Shown one piece after another: positions 1 to 9,762 of a stretch of DNA of 64,000 bases (positions are counted from its first letter, which is position 1; every line of letters starts with the position of its first letter). The stretch is taken from NCBI GenBank assembly GCA_002508425.1, contig DAKU01000147.1, positions 44,458 to 108,457 on the forward strand, given 5' to 3'. The notes beneath the pieces were generated by a model. The model was not told the DNA's origin, did no database searches, and saw nothing but the letters and a program-made list of their open reading frames with translations. The position numbers and the translations under genes are program-made. This DNA is from Methanosarcinaceae archaeon UBA470 (GTDB lineage: Archaea > Halobacteriota > Methanosarcinia > Methanosarcinales > Methanosarcinaceae).

Positions 1-851
1 GTTTTGCGGATAAATTCTATGTCAGCTTTTTCCATTCTTGCCTTGGCTGCGGGAGGACTGGTATTCGCTTTTTTCTTTGAATAGATGGCTCCTCCTGTCA
101 TACCAGCACCTACATAGCCTTTTGCGCTCGTAAAGAGCAACTTCCCATTTTTCATATATGCGCCTGAGAATTCTCCTACATCGCCATGTACCACAATTGT
201 TCCTCCATTAAGGTGCGAACCTGTGTTCATACCAGCATTTCCGTTGATTGTTATAGTTCCCTGTTGCATAAGCACGCCAGTGCCGTTATAGACATCTCCT
301 TCTACAACAATAGTACCTTGCCAGTTGCACCTTGCTCCTATTGTTCCTCGCAGAATGCCATCATTCAATTTAAGAATGCCTTCGACAAGTGAGTTGCCTT
401 TTAGAGTATCTTTGCCGGGTCCATTAGAGAGTATATCAGTTATGGAACGGAATTTCCTGTAGCCCTCTACATCAGAAGTTACCTCTAAGATGTTTCCAAA
501 TGGTTCTGTTATGTTACCCTTAACATAGAGGTTGCCGCCTGTCATTCCCATGCCGGCTTCAGATCCTATATCGCCTTCAACGAATATCTCTCCTGCTTTT
601 TCAGTCTCGCCAGTGCCTCCCAGGTGTTTCAGGTCAGTTCCCATGCTATAAGCGAGTCTTTTACCTACATTCCCATCTATGTGTACATCTATGCCTGCTT
701 TGAGCTCAGCTACAAGGTCTGCATATGTGAAAGATGTACCTTCCTGTGAAGGTATCACATCTTCAGGCTGCAGTTTGCTGTCGTTCCAGCAAAAATTGAA
801 TGTGTAATCGCAGAGGTTGTCTATTGGTTTGAGGATTTTTATCTTTAGCAT
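1..851 (-). CDS. GXGXG-motif beta-helix protein (glutamate synthase alpha-subunit C-terminal domain / FwdC family), 3' end cut by window edge
   Basis: Absent from the ORF track because it runs off the window. Manual translation from ATG at 851-849 stays open to position 1: MLKIKILKPIDNL...GDIGSEAGMGMTGGNLYVKGN...INGNAGMNTGSHLNGGTIVVHGDVGEFSGAYMKNGKLLF...GAGMTGGAIY, showing the repeated G-x-G-x-G turns of this fold. It starts 4 nt after the ferredoxin stop. Confidence 0.7.
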   Translation of the reverse strand, partial: MLKIKILKPIDNLCDYTFNFCWNDSKLQPEDVIPSQEGTSFTYADLVAELKAGIDVHIDGNVGKRLAYSMGTDLKHLGGTGETEKAGEIFVEGDIGSEAGMGMTGGNLYVKGNITEPFGNILEVTSDVEGYRKFRSITDILSNGPGKDTLKGNSLVEGILKLNDGILRGTIGARCNWQGTIVVEGDVYNGTGVLMQQGTITINGNAGMNTGSHLNGGTIVVHGDVGEFSGAYMKNGKLLFTSAKGYVGAGMTGGAIYSKKKANTSPPAAKARMEKADIEFIRK

Positions 852-855
852 GTTA

Positions 856-1224
856 TTATCCATGTATTAGTGATGGCAGGCAGCGTGTACACACCCAGAT
901 GCTTTCCATTTTATGGCGCAGGGGCATAAGATATCTCTCATCCTCTCCTTTTCCGCATTTGAAGCATTTTATAAATATATCCGTACTACGAGGTTGGGAC
1001 TCTGCTTTTTCCCTGTTGAATTCAACGGTCTGCCTTTGCTCAACTGAGATGGCTCCCTGTGGGCATACACCTATACAAAAGCCCATACCATCACAGAGTT
1101 CTTCTGATACGACTTTGGCTTTGCCATTAACAAGCTGGATAGCTCCTTCTGCGCAAGGAGAAATGCATTTTCCACAACCATTACATTTCTCTTCATCTAT
1201 TTTCACTATAGTTCTTATTACCAT
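856..1224 (-). CDS. 2x[4Fe-4S] ferredoxin-domain protein with extra C-terminal Cys pairs
   Basis: 122-aa ORF with two cluster motifs (CNGCGKCISPCAEG and CDGMGFCIGVCPQG). The C-terminal CFKCGK...CTRC pair looks zinc-ribbon-like. Confidence 0.8.
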   Translation of the reverse strand: MVIRTIVKIDEEKCNGCGKCISPCAEGAIQLVNGKAKVVSEELCDGMGFCIGVCPQGAISVEQRQTVEFNREKAESQPRSTDIFIKCFKCGKGEDERYLMPLRHKMESIWVCTRCLPSLIHG

Positions 1225-1240
1225 GAGTACTCAGTTCTCC

Positions 1241-1588
1241 TTAATGATGTGTGCCTTCCACAAGTTCCATGCCCGCATTTCTTAAGGTCTGTTTAATCTC
1301 TTCTATATGAGGGCATTTAGGATAGTTTTCCATCTGCATGCATGAACTGATATGTACCACATCTACTTTGAATTTCTCAAGTGATTTTAGGAGGCGATAC
1401 ACCCTGCGTCCGGAACATCCTCCGCAGGTAAAGAAGGCCACCATTTCAGTGTTACTTCCATATTCCTTGAAATGTTCCTTTCTCTTATTAAACGCCATGA
1501 AGCAACCGACACCCGGACAAGCTTCTGAAACTATGTCACATCTTATGATAGCTATCTTTTTAGGTTGGTCTCCTCCCATTTTTTTCAC
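1241..1588 (-). CDS. CGGC domain-containing protein
   Basis: 115-aa ORF with the FFTCGGCSGRRV motif plus additional Cys (CPGVGC, SSCM, CPH), typical of the CGGC domain family. Confidence 0.75.
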   Translation of the reverse strand: MKKMGGDQPKKIAIIRCDIVSEACPGVGCFMAFNKRKEHFKEYGSNTEMVAFFTCGGCSGRRVYRLLKSLEKFKVDVVHISSCMQMENYPKCPHIEEIKQTLRNAGMELVEGTHH

Positions 1589-1664
1589 TCCATTCAGTAT
1601 CTTTAGGATATTAAGTATAACTAAGATATTAATTTATATATTATGTAGTTTCTATCTGGATACT

Positions 1665-2021
1665 ATGAAGGATTGTACCGTCTATAAGACTGTGGATATA
1701 ATAGGCAAAAAATGGTCAGTATACATCTTATTTGAACTTCATAAGGGTGAAAAAGGAGAAAAGGGGTTCAATGAGCTTAAGCGCAAGTTAAAAGACATTA
1801 CCCCTAAAACTCTTTCGATCAGGCTGAAGGAACTGGAGGAGCAAGGTTTGATACAGAAAGTAATAGATGATTCTGTACTTCCGGTACGCTGTGAGTATTC
1901 ACTTACGGCCAGTGGGGAGGACTTTATATCAATAATAAAGGACATCAAGGCATGGGGTCTTAAGTGGAAATTTGGCAATAAGGCATGTGAAAGTTCCGTA
2001 TGCAGACTTTGTGAACTATAG
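1665..2021 (+). CDS. HxlR-family winged-helix transcriptional regulator
   Basis: Inner ATG at 1665 of ORF 1338..2021; the upstream part overlaps the opposite-strand CGGC gene. MKDCTVYKTVDIIGKKWSVYILFEL...FNELKRKLKDITPKTLSIRLKELEEQGLI is the HxlR signature, and about 118 aa is the usual size. Confidence 0.8.
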   Translation: MKDCTVYKTVDIIGKKWSVYILFELHKGEKGEKGFNELKRKLKDITPKTLSIRLKELEEQGLIQKVIDDSVLPVRCEYSLTASGEDFISIIKDIKAWGLKWKFGNKACESSVCRLCEL

Positions 2022-2331
2022 GCAGTTCCAGACATGTACTTCTAACTTCCATCTGTTTTTGGAAAACTATATATCCGAATAATTTAAGAAGATTTAAGTA
2101 GGGGGAACAAGGTATTTTCTGGCAAGTTTCCCACAGTGGCAATCTTTGAAGATAATGACTGGCTCTGAGAAGTCAGAACTGTCTTCTTGCTACTCATCGG
2201 TTTAGGGTCTGCATTGTTCCTGTCAGTAATAATTCAAGATCAGAAATGCAGGTTTACATTTCGGCAAAGTGAACATATGGAAAAGTAACGCAGGCAATCA
2301 ATTCGAACAGAGTTTATTGAGTGAATAGGTT

Positions 2332-3651
2332 ATGCACAATGGTCTAAAAGAAGATGCAGCTGAGATCCTTAAAAGTGCCATAGAGGCTGTGGAGCCTTCT
2401 GTTGCTGTCAAAAGGGCATTGACAAGAGATAAGAATACATTACAGGTAGGAAACCGTTCATACGATCTGGACAAGTATCAAAAGATATATGTCATGGCTT
2501 TTGGGAAAGCATCTGTGCCTATGGCAAAAGCTCTTGAAGAAATTCTCTATGATCTTCCATATCAGGGTGTAGCAATAACTAAATACGGCTCCTCAAGTCA
2601 GCTTGAAAGTATAGAGGTCTATGAAGCGGCTCATCCTGTTCCTGATGAGAACAGCCTTAAGGCCGGCCAGATGGTAAAAGAAATACTTACGAAAGCAGGT
2701 AAGAATGATCTTGTCATTTTTCTTATATCTGGTGGTGGCTCTTCCTTGCTCGCGCTTCCGCGCAAGGACGTATCTTTTAAGGATTTTGTTAAGCTCCATG
2801 AGACTTTGCTCCTCTGCGGTGCAACCATAAAAGAGATCAATATTGTAAGAAAGCATCTTTCGACGGTAAAGGGCGGGGGCCTTGCAAAAATGGCTTATCC
2901 TGCTGATTCCATCAGCCTTGTGCTTTCGGATGTGGTTGGTGATCATCTTGATATCGTTGCATCCGGGCCAACTGTTCCTGACTCTTCTACATTTGAAGAC
3001 TTCAACGATATTGTGGAGAGGTATCATATTACACTTCTTCCTTCCATAAGCCGTTTACTGGAGGATGGGTTGAACGGATTGGTGGAAGAAACTCTCAAAG
3101 CAGGAGATCCTGTTTTTGATATTTGCTACAACAAGCTGATAGGCACCAATTGCATTGCTCTTGATGCTGCTGCGAAAAAAGCATCAGAAATGGGCTACAA
3201 TACACTGTTGTTAAGTTCTTATATTACGGGTGAGTCTAAAGAGATAGCAAAAGTGTTCTCTGCTTTGGGAAGAAATGAACTTTTACACGGAAGGCCGATG
3301 TCAAGGCCAGCCTGTATTCTGGCAGGTGGAGAAGCTACTGTCACCGTAAAGAATGGTGGTAAGGGTGGAAGATGCCAGGAAATGGCACTTTCCTTTGCAA
3401 TAGAGGTAGAAGGTCTTGAAAATCTTTTATTCCTTGCAGCCGGTACTGATGGTATCGATGGTCCAACCGATGCAGCAGGAGCATTTGCTGACGGGAACAG
3501 TGTGGAAAAAGCCTCCATGTTAGGTATGGATGCAAGAGAAATGCTTAATGCACATGATTCATATGATTTCTTTAACAGCATTGGTGATCTGCATAAAATA
3601 GGTCAGACGGGTACGAATGTGATGGATATTTATATCCTGCTTGTGGAGTAA
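2332..3651 (+). CDS. glycerate 2-kinase / MOFRL family protein
   Basis: 439-aa ORF with family blocks FLISGGGSSLL, GGEATVTVKNGGKGGRCQE and GTDGIDGPTDAAGAF. Confidence 0.8.
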   Translation: MHNGLKEDAAEILKSAIEAVEPSVAVKRALTRDKNTLQVGNRSYDLDKYQKIYVMAFGKASVPMAKALEEILYDLPYQGVAITKYGSSSQLESIEVYEAAHPVPDENSLKAGQMVKEILTKAGKNDLVIFLISGGGSSLLALPRKDVSFKDFVKLHETLLLCGATIKEINIVRKHLSTVKGGGLAKMAYPADSISLVLSDVVGDHLDIVASGPTVPDSSTFEDFNDIVERYHITLLPSISRLLEDGLNGLVEETLKAGDPVFDICYNKLIGTNCIALDAAAKKASEMGYNTLLLSSYITGESKEIAKVFSALGRNELLHGRPMSRPACILAGGEATVTVKNGGKGGRCQEMALSFAIEVEGLENLLFLAAGTDGIDGPTDAAGAFADGNSVEKASMLGMDAREMLNAHDSYDFFNSIGDLHKIGQTGTNVMDIYILLVE

Positions 3652-3664
3652 TTGTACAAGTTTT

Positions 3665-4507
3665 TCAAAGATCAATGTCAACATCATATACAAGCTCGGG
3701 GTTTTCCTTATGGACCTTCCAAAAGGGCTCTTCCCCATACTCTTCGGCAAGTTTTAATGTTCTTTTTGGTATGGTTTTTGGTCCAAGCACAGTTCCAGGT
3801 CTTTGTGGATCGTCTATGTAATCTGTTTCCATCATGAACCTGGTGCCTTGGGTGAGTGCTTCTTCTATGGCTCCCTTGCCTGCCAGTACTCCTGGGAATA
3901 TTCCAAGCCTTTCACATACGCTCACCAGGGGGGGTGCATAATGTTTAACCACTTTGTTAAGTTTTATCCCTGTTTTTTTTGCTCGGGAGGTAATGTCCTC
4001 AAGTTCAATTTCGCCAACACTTTCTGTGTGTAATTGCACCGCACAGTTCAGATCTTTTGCCAGTGTAAAAGCATGCTCCATTATTTCATTGGAAGCCTCC
4101 CACACTTCTTGCGTAACCGGATAGTGTGGTCTCCCGCTTTTTAGGCCCACTGCGAGTCCTTTCTCAACATACTCTGCAGCTATGTCCAGTCCACCTTTCA
4201 TAGTCTTAACCGCAGTAGAAAGGTCCATATAGTCTATAAGGTGTGTGATCTCTGCAGGATGCACTCCGAGCACTGGAAAAGATTTAACTCCGGTTTCGTT
4301 GATTTGCCTTGAGATCTCAACAGTTTCATCAAAAACAGCCTTTTGGTCTTCAGGCTTGGTGACCCTTATACCAAGAGTCCAGGATGGCTTCATCACAAGG
4401 AATATGTGCGTTCCCCCTGCCTGCTGGAACTCTTTTACAGCTACAAGTCCTTTGCTTCTGGGATCGATATGCATGTGTTCGTCTGTTATGGGGAAATTGC
4501 CTTTCAT
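3665..4507 (-). CDS. TatD-related metal-dependent hydrolase
   Basis: 280-aa ORF with an N-terminal ITDEHMHID (HxH) metal motif and an amidohydrolase/TatD-like pattern. Assigned by family resemblance only. Confidence 0.6.
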   Translation of the reverse strand: MKGNFPITDEHMHIDPRSKGLVAVKEFQQAGGTHIFLVMKPSWTLGIRVTKPEDQKAVFDETVEISRQINETGVKSFPVLGVHPAEITHLIDYMDLSTAVKTMKGGLDIAAEYVEKGLAVGLKSGRPHYPVTQEVWEASNEIMEHAFTLAKDLNCAVQLHTESVGEIELEDITSRAKKTGIKLNKVVKHYAPPLVSVCERLGIFPGVLAGKGAIEEALTQGTRFMMETDYIDDPQRPGTVLGPKTIPKRTLKLAEEYGEEPFWKVHKENPELVYDVDIDL

Positions 4508-4602
4508 AAATGAATTATATATGCCACGCTGGGATTAAAGTTTCGCATTTTATGGCGAAGGCTTAAAAATGAGATATGCCTTTAGGTGGTCGGTGATTAA
4601 TA

Positions 4603-5631
4603 GTGAGCAAGACTGCAGCAGTAATTAAAGGAGATGGCGTAGGTCCCGAACTTGTGGATGCGATGTTTAAGGTAATGGAAGCTGCCGGAACTGGTGTGGA
4701 GTTCATAACCTGTGATGCAGGTTCTACATGGTGGGAGCAGCATGGAGGAAATTCCCTTATCCCTGATGAAACCTGGGATATTCTTGATAGTTCTGATGCA
4801 TGCTACAAGGGTCCAACCACCACTCCAGGTATAGTGGGTGCACCAAGAAGTGTGGCTGTCTCAATAAGGCAGAAATATGACCTCTATGCGAACGTCCGTC
4901 CTATCAAGACATTCCCCAATACTCCCAGGCCACTTGGAGATGTGGATTTCGTGTGTGTGCGTGAAGGAACAGAAGGGCTCTACATAGGTGAAGAGGTACG
5001 CCTTACTGATGATGTGGCTATAGCTATCCGAAAGATCACACGCACAGCAAGCGGAAAAGTTGCAAGATACGCTTTTGAAGAGGCAAAAAGAAGAAAATAT
5101 GATGCAGTTGTCCCTATTCATAAAAGCAATATTCTCAGAAGAACATGCGGTCTTTTCCTGGAAGAAGTGAACAAGGCAGCTGCGAACTATCCAGACATTG
5201 AGGTATGGGAATACCACATCGATAATATCGCACAGCAGCTGATCAAAAATCCCCAGATATTCAACAACAAGATCTTACTATCAACTAACTTGTTCATGGA
5301 TGTGCTCAGTGAGGAGTGCTCTGCATTAGTGGGAAGTATTGGCCTGATATATTCTGCAAATATCGGTGATAACTTTGCCATGTTCGAACCAGCTCATGGT
5401 TCTGCTCCAAAGTACGCAGGAATGGACAAAGTGAACCCTGTAGCAACAGTGCTTGCAGGTGCATGGATGCTTGGGTACCTCGGTGAATCAGAGCAGTCAG
5501 CAGCTATATTCAGAGCTACAGAACGTGTTATATCCGAAGGCAAGTATCTAACTTATGACCTGGGAGGCAATGCAAAGCTCAGTGAAATGACGGATGTAAT
5601 TGCTAAGTATACGATAGAGGAGCTAAAGTAA
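4603..5631 (+). CDS. isocitrate dehydrogenase-like beta-decarboxylating dehydrogenase (isocitrate/isopropylmalate DH family)
   Basis: 342-aa ORF with a GTG start 8 nt after GGTGA. VIKGDGVGPE at the N-terminus; YKGPTTTPG...RSVAVSIRQKYDLYANVRPIK resembles the ICDH KGPLTTP...LR..LDLY.N.RP block rather than the LeuB type. Confidence 0.75.
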   Translation: MSKTAAVIKGDGVGPELVDAMFKVMEAAGTGVEFITCDAGSTWWEQHGGNSLIPDETWDILDSSDACYKGPTTTPGIVGAPRSVAVSIRQKYDLYANVRPIKTFPNTPRPLGDVDFVCVREGTEGLYIGEEVRLTDDVAIAIRKITRTASGKVARYAFEEAKRRKYDAVVPIHKSNILRRTCGLFLEEVNKAAANYPDIEVWEYHIDNIAQQLIKNPQIFNNKILLSTNLFMDVLSEECSALVGSIGLIYSANIGDNFAMFEPAHGSAPKYAGMDKVNPVATVLAGAWMLGYLGESEQSAAIFRATERVISEGKYLTYDLGGNAKLSEMTDVIAKYTIEELK

Positions 5632-5758
5632 TAGCTTCTCTTATTTTTAAATCGGTCTTAAAAAACTGTTTTTAGTTTGGGCCTTCAAAAAAGAAGGGTT
5701 GTGGCAGACTGAACACTTATCATTCTTTATTATTTTAACGCCTGCCTTTTTATTACAT

Positions 5759-7108
5759 TTAGTCTACTTCATCATGCATACGTGCTTTAATATCGCGCTG
5801 TTTGCTTCCCGCAGCATTATCCTGGCTTTCATCGTCCTCTCTGCGGTGCAGTTCCTGGTCCACTAGGGGGTTGAACATGAAGTACTTCTTTACATATGCG
5901 CGAATCTCTTCATCTGAAATGCAGGAAACCCTCTTTTCCTCGTTGAAAAGTTTCTGGATGTCGGCTTGTATATTCCTGAGGCGTTTATCGTTCTTGTCTA
6001 CCTCTATATTTACATCCATCATTTCTTTAAGTGTTTCCTGTATCTTAAACTTCAGTACCTCTATACCCGAAGAATCTCCAATGAGGAAGTTTCTCTGGCC
6101 TCCAACTATTTCAGGTGGATATGGTTCGTATGTGAAGGGGTTCTTAATGACACCTGCGGTATGGATGCCCGACTCATGGGCAAATACATTCTGGCCTACC
6201 ACTGATTTATTTCTGGGTATCCTTATGCCTATTTCTCTTTCCATGAATTTGGCGAATTCTACCAGACAGCTCAGGTCGTATTTCTCAAAGCCCTTGATGC
6301 GCCTTTTCAGGAAGACCAGCAGCTTTTCCATCTCTGCATTGCCTGCTCTCTCACCAATACCCAGATAGGTTACATTGGACCAATTTGCACCATGCCAATA
6401 GCCTGCCAGTGAGTTTGCAACTGCAAGTCCGAAGTCATCATGGCAATGGGTTTCTATGTTCTTTGCACCTAGTTCATTTTTGAGATATTTGACAATAGTG
6501 GGGATTCCATAAGGCTCATCCACGTTCATGAAAGGAATTCCATATCCTATGGTATCACAGATACGGAGGGTACAGTCTGGATCAACCTCAAGTATCTTTT
6601 CTACCAGAGGGAACACGAAATTGTAATTGTCGGCACGTGTCATATCTTCGATGTGAGCACGTGTTCTCAGTCCATGATCAACTGCATATTGCAATGCAGT
6701 AAGATATTTTTCCTGGGCTGCTTCCCTGGTGGGAAGTTTCATTTTATCGTAGATATGCGGATCGGATACGGACATGAGAATGCCTGTTTCCTCTATACCA
6801 TCAACTTTGAGGACCATATCAATATCTGCTGGGTTTGCACGTGCCCATCCAGTGATCTCCGGGAATTCATATCCTCTGTCCTGCATGAGTTTGATAGCCT
6901 TTCTATCCCTTTCATTGTAGACAAAAGTCTCCAGCTTTTCAATGCCGATCTTATGTAAATACTCGTATATCTGCACCTTGTGCTTGCTTTTTATAACAAT
7001 GCCCGGCATCTGGGCACCATCTCTTATAGTACTGTCACTGATCGACACCTCCTGTCCATGGGGAAGTTCTATCTTAGGCAGATCATCATAGTCCCGGTAT
7101 GTTTTCAT
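5759..7108 (-). CDS. HMGL-like / 2-isopropylmalate-homocitrate-citramalate synthase family protein (atypical subfamily)
   Basis: 449-aa ORF with a DRE-TIM metallolyase pattern. ISDSTIRDGAQMPGI replaces the canonical TTLRDGEQ, and ETHCHDDFGLAVANSLAG replaces the canonical H.HND.G.A.AN. Confidence 0.75.
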   Translation of the reverse strand: MKTYRDYDDLPKIELPHGQEVSISDSTIRDGAQMPGIVIKSKHKVQIYEYLHKIGIEKLETFVYNERDRKAIKLMQDRGYEFPEITGWARANPADIDMVLKVDGIEETGILMSVSDPHIYDKMKLPTREAAQEKYLTALQYAVDHGLRTRAHIEDMTRADNYNFVFPLVEKILEVDPDCTLRICDTIGYGIPFMNVDEPYGIPTIVKYLKNELGAKNIETHCHDDFGLAVANSLAGYWHGANWSNVTYLGIGERAGNAEMEKLLVFLKRRIKGFEKYDLSCLVEFAKFMEREIGIRIPRNKSVVGQNVFAHESGIHTAGVIKNPFTYEPYPPEIVGGQRNFLIGDSSGIEVLKFKIQETLKEMMDVNIEVDKNDKRLRNIQADIQKLFNEEKRVSCISDEEIRAYVKKYFMFNPLVDQELHRREDDESQDNAAGSKQRDIKARMHDEVD

Positions 7109-7319
7109 GTATTTCCTCCAACTGTGCCAAACTCACCATAATCAAGTAAATAGTACGTTTTGAACTTTGCCTTTAAGTATATATCTCACAGTTTTTATGA
7201 GACTAATCGGACCATCTGGCAAGTGTGCACAAAGGTATTCTACATGTACGTTCAGATTAAAAGGTTTTCTTCCTTGATTTGCCTTAAAGATTTATAATTT
7301 AAAAACTAATCTATAACCC

Positions 7320-7823
7320 ATGTGGAGCGCGATAATGCAAAAATTCGAAAAACATCCAGCTCAGCAGAAAGTTATCAAATTACTTTTTGAGCGGGGTTTT
7401 CAGGTTAATGAAGAGGGAAAAGTCACATCCGGTAAGATTGAGATTCCCCATACTCAGCTTGCGCGGGAGGTGGGAGTTGACAGGCGGGTGGTGGACTCGA
7501 CTACGGAGGCTATACTTGAAGATCCTCTTCTGAAGAACATATTCCAGAAAGTTCATTCCATTCCTTTTCTAAGGGATGTTGCTCCTTCTCTTGGTCTTGG
7601 AGTAATTATCATAATCCCCGATGATGCGGTACATACAGGCATAATTGCCGATGTTACAGGTGTGATCTCCAACCATGGTGTAAGCATCAGACAGGCTGTC
7701 TCAGATGATCCCTATTTTACCAATGAGCCGCGCCTTACAATTGTCACCGACAGTAAAGTTTCAGGTGAGGTAGTAGAAGAGCTGCTGAAATTAAAAAGCG
7801 TAAAAGGAGTAAGTGTTTCCTGA
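7320..7823 (+). CDS. ACT-domain putative regulator of amino-acid metabolism
   Basis: 167-aa ORF (alternative ATG at 7335). The N-terminal helix-turn-helix-like part and the C-terminal GVIIIIPDDAVHTGIIADVTGVISNHGVSIRQ ACT-like fold match the archaeal COG2150-type family. Confidence 0.6.
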   Translation: MWSAIMQKFEKHPAQQKVIKLLFERGFQVNEEGKVTSGKIEIPHTQLAREVGVDRRVVDSTTEAILEDPLLKNIFQKVHSIPFLRDVAPSLGLGVIIIIPDDAVHTGIIADVTGVISNHGVSIRQAVSDDPYFTNEPRLTIVTDSKVSGEVVEELLKLKSVKGVSVS

Positions 7824-7852
7824 TCTTTATATTTGATAATGGAAATAGAATT

Positions 7853-9046
7853 TTAGAGGACAGCCTTTGCAAAGGCTGAGAATACCTTCAGCATTTGCTT
7901 TGACTTCCTTGGGTCAAGCATTTTCCGGATGAGCACTGAAGGATGGTCCATGTCTCCATATTCAGTTATTGTGTCCAAAATAGAAGGAGTGTTCATTGAA
8001 CCCAACAGTTCATCCAATTCGTTATCATTAAGCCTTTTTATAAAATCATGGATCCTCATACCCATGCCAAGTTCTTTCCCAATGGCGGCTTTCCATTGTT
8101 TCTCATATTGTTGTAAACTGCCTGCAGAAGCATCATCTTCCAGGGAAGCTGCTACCTTTGCAGCGATCTTTGCACACAACGCACCTGTGTAAATACCGCC
8201 TCCTGAAGTAGGTTTTGTTTGCCCGGCAGCATCCCCTACTATTATTATACCATCCGCATAAGTCTTGTGCAGGGGTCCAATGGGTATGCCGCCAACTACC
8301 ATATCTGTTTGTCCGCCCGCATACCTGGAATTAATGTGTGGGTGATGTTGGAGCAGCCATTGAAGGCATTCATAAGGATTAGGACCATTGATAGAGTCGG
8401 TTGCCAGCCCAATCCTTGAAATGTTTTCATCTATTGGCACAGTCCAGGCAAAGAAACCAGGTACTCTGGAACCAACGAACAACTCCACAAAATCAGTATT
8501 TTCAGAACGATATGGGGCTTCTATCTGTATGCCGGGCAAGATCCTCTGGACTCTTCCAAGACCTGCCATCTTTGCCATATTGCTACGTACTCCATCTGCG
8601 GCTATGATCACTTTAGACTGGATATTTCTCAAGTTCCCATTTTCAAGCACAGTGAGGGTTTGTAATTTATTACTGCGCTCAATCCCGATGGCACGTGTTC
8701 TAAGCATGACATCTACTCCAGTATCTGTTGCCATCCTGAAAAGTGTTCTATCGAACATTTTCCTCGACACTACATAGGCTTTAGTTTTGCCTCCATCTAT
8801 GGGTAGTGGCCTTTCAGAAGGCGGATGAACATAAGCTCCTTTTACTGAGTTGAGGACAAAGTCTTCAGAAGGCTTTAAATCACATTCTTTTACTGCACGT
8901 GTGCTAAGCAGGCCGGTACATCCCACCGGTGAACCTATAAAAGCATGTTCTTCGACGAGCAGCACCTTTACTCCTTCCTGAGCTGCATAGCGTGCTGCTG
9001 TTGATCCAACAGGCCCTCCTCCTACAACAATGACATCGTACTGCAT
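7853..9046 (-). CDS. geranylgeranyl reductase family flavoprotein (likely digeranylgeranylglycerophospholipid reductase)
   Basis: 397-aa ORF with the N-terminal FAD fold YDVIVVGGGPVGSTAARYAAQEG..VLLVEE and the later GDAAGQTKPTSGGGI block typical of GGR. Confidence 0.8.
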   Translation of the reverse strand: MQYDVIVVGGGPVGSTAARYAAQEGVKVLLVEEHAFIGSPVGCTGLLSTRAVKECDLKPSEDFVLNSVKGAYVHPPSERPLPIDGGKTKAYVVSRKMFDRTLFRMATDTGVDVMLRTRAIGIERSNKLQTLTVLENGNLRNIQSKVIIAADGVRSNMAKMAGLGRVQRILPGIQIEAPYRSENTDFVELFVGSRVPGFFAWTVPIDENISRIGLATDSINGPNPYECLQWLLQHHPHINSRYAGGQTDMVVGGIPIGPLHKTYADGIIIVGDAAGQTKPTSGGGIYTGALCAKIAAKVAASLEDDASAGSLQQYEKQWKAAIGKELGMGMRIHDFIKRLNDNELDELLGSMNTPSILDTITEYGDMDHPSVLIRKMLDPRKSKQMLKVFSAFAKAVL

Positions 9047-9048
9047 AA

Positions 9049-9762
9049 TTATGCTCTTTTTCCAGGCTCTATTATGTCCAAGATTTCACTAATATTGTTC
9101 AATATAAAATCGGGAGACGTAGTTTCATGTTGTTTGTATGTATCGTTATTTCTGTCTCCGTAAGCTGCATAGGCTGTAAGCATCCCCAAAGTCTTTGAAG
9201 GTACAATGTCCCTACGCAGGCTGTCTCCCACGAAGAGAGTTTCACATGGCTGCAGTCCAAGTGATTCAAGAGCGAAAAGGAATGTTTTATGTGAAGGTTT
9301 ACTTGAACCTGTGATGTCTGCGCAGAAGAGGGCATCCAGCCATTGTGAAAGACCGATCTTTTCAACCCTCTTTTTTGCGTTGGTACTGTGTGCATCGGTG
9401 AGTATTGCAATTTTTAGACCCATTTTCTTGAGTTCCCGGATAGTAGGGATGGCATTAGGATAAGGATCTACTGCTTTTAACTTCTCTGTTTCATATATCT
9501 GACAGCACTCATCATATATGGACTGTGAGAATACTCCTATATCTGACATGTAGTCCTGGATATTGTTCCAGTTCTCAAATCCACGGCCTGGTCTTCTGAA
9601 GTATTGGAATAGATCAAGAGCTTCTCCGCATCCAATATGGTTCACGATCTCCTGGCAAGCTCTTGTCTTCGCTTCCACAAAATCAAAAAGCGTATTGTCC
9701 ATATCAAACATGACGCATGTAAGGTCTTCAGTACTGATTACAGCCTGTGTTTCAAACTTCAT
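9049..9762 (-). CDS. HAD-superfamily hydrolase
   Basis: 237-aa ORF with HAD motif I (VMFDMDNTLFDF) and motif IV (FVGDSLRRD). Confidence 0.8.
   Translation of the reverse strand: MKFETQAVISTEDLTCVMFDMDNTLFDFVEAKTRACQEIVNHIGCGEALDLFQYFRRPGRGFENWNNIQDYMSDIGVFSQSIYDECCQIYETEKLKAVDPYPNAIPTIRELKKMGLKIAILTDAHSTNAKKRVEKIGLSQWLDALFCADITGSSKPSHKTFLFALESLGLQPCETLFVGDSLRRDIVPSKTLGMLTAYAAYGDRNNDTYKQHETTSPDFILNNISEILDIIEPGKRA

Noticed and set aside
1338-1664. Long N-terminal extension of the HxlR ORF (227 aa version)
   Set aside because: The extension overlaps the opposite-strand CGGC gene and has no protein-like features. The HxlR domain begins at the ATG at 1665.
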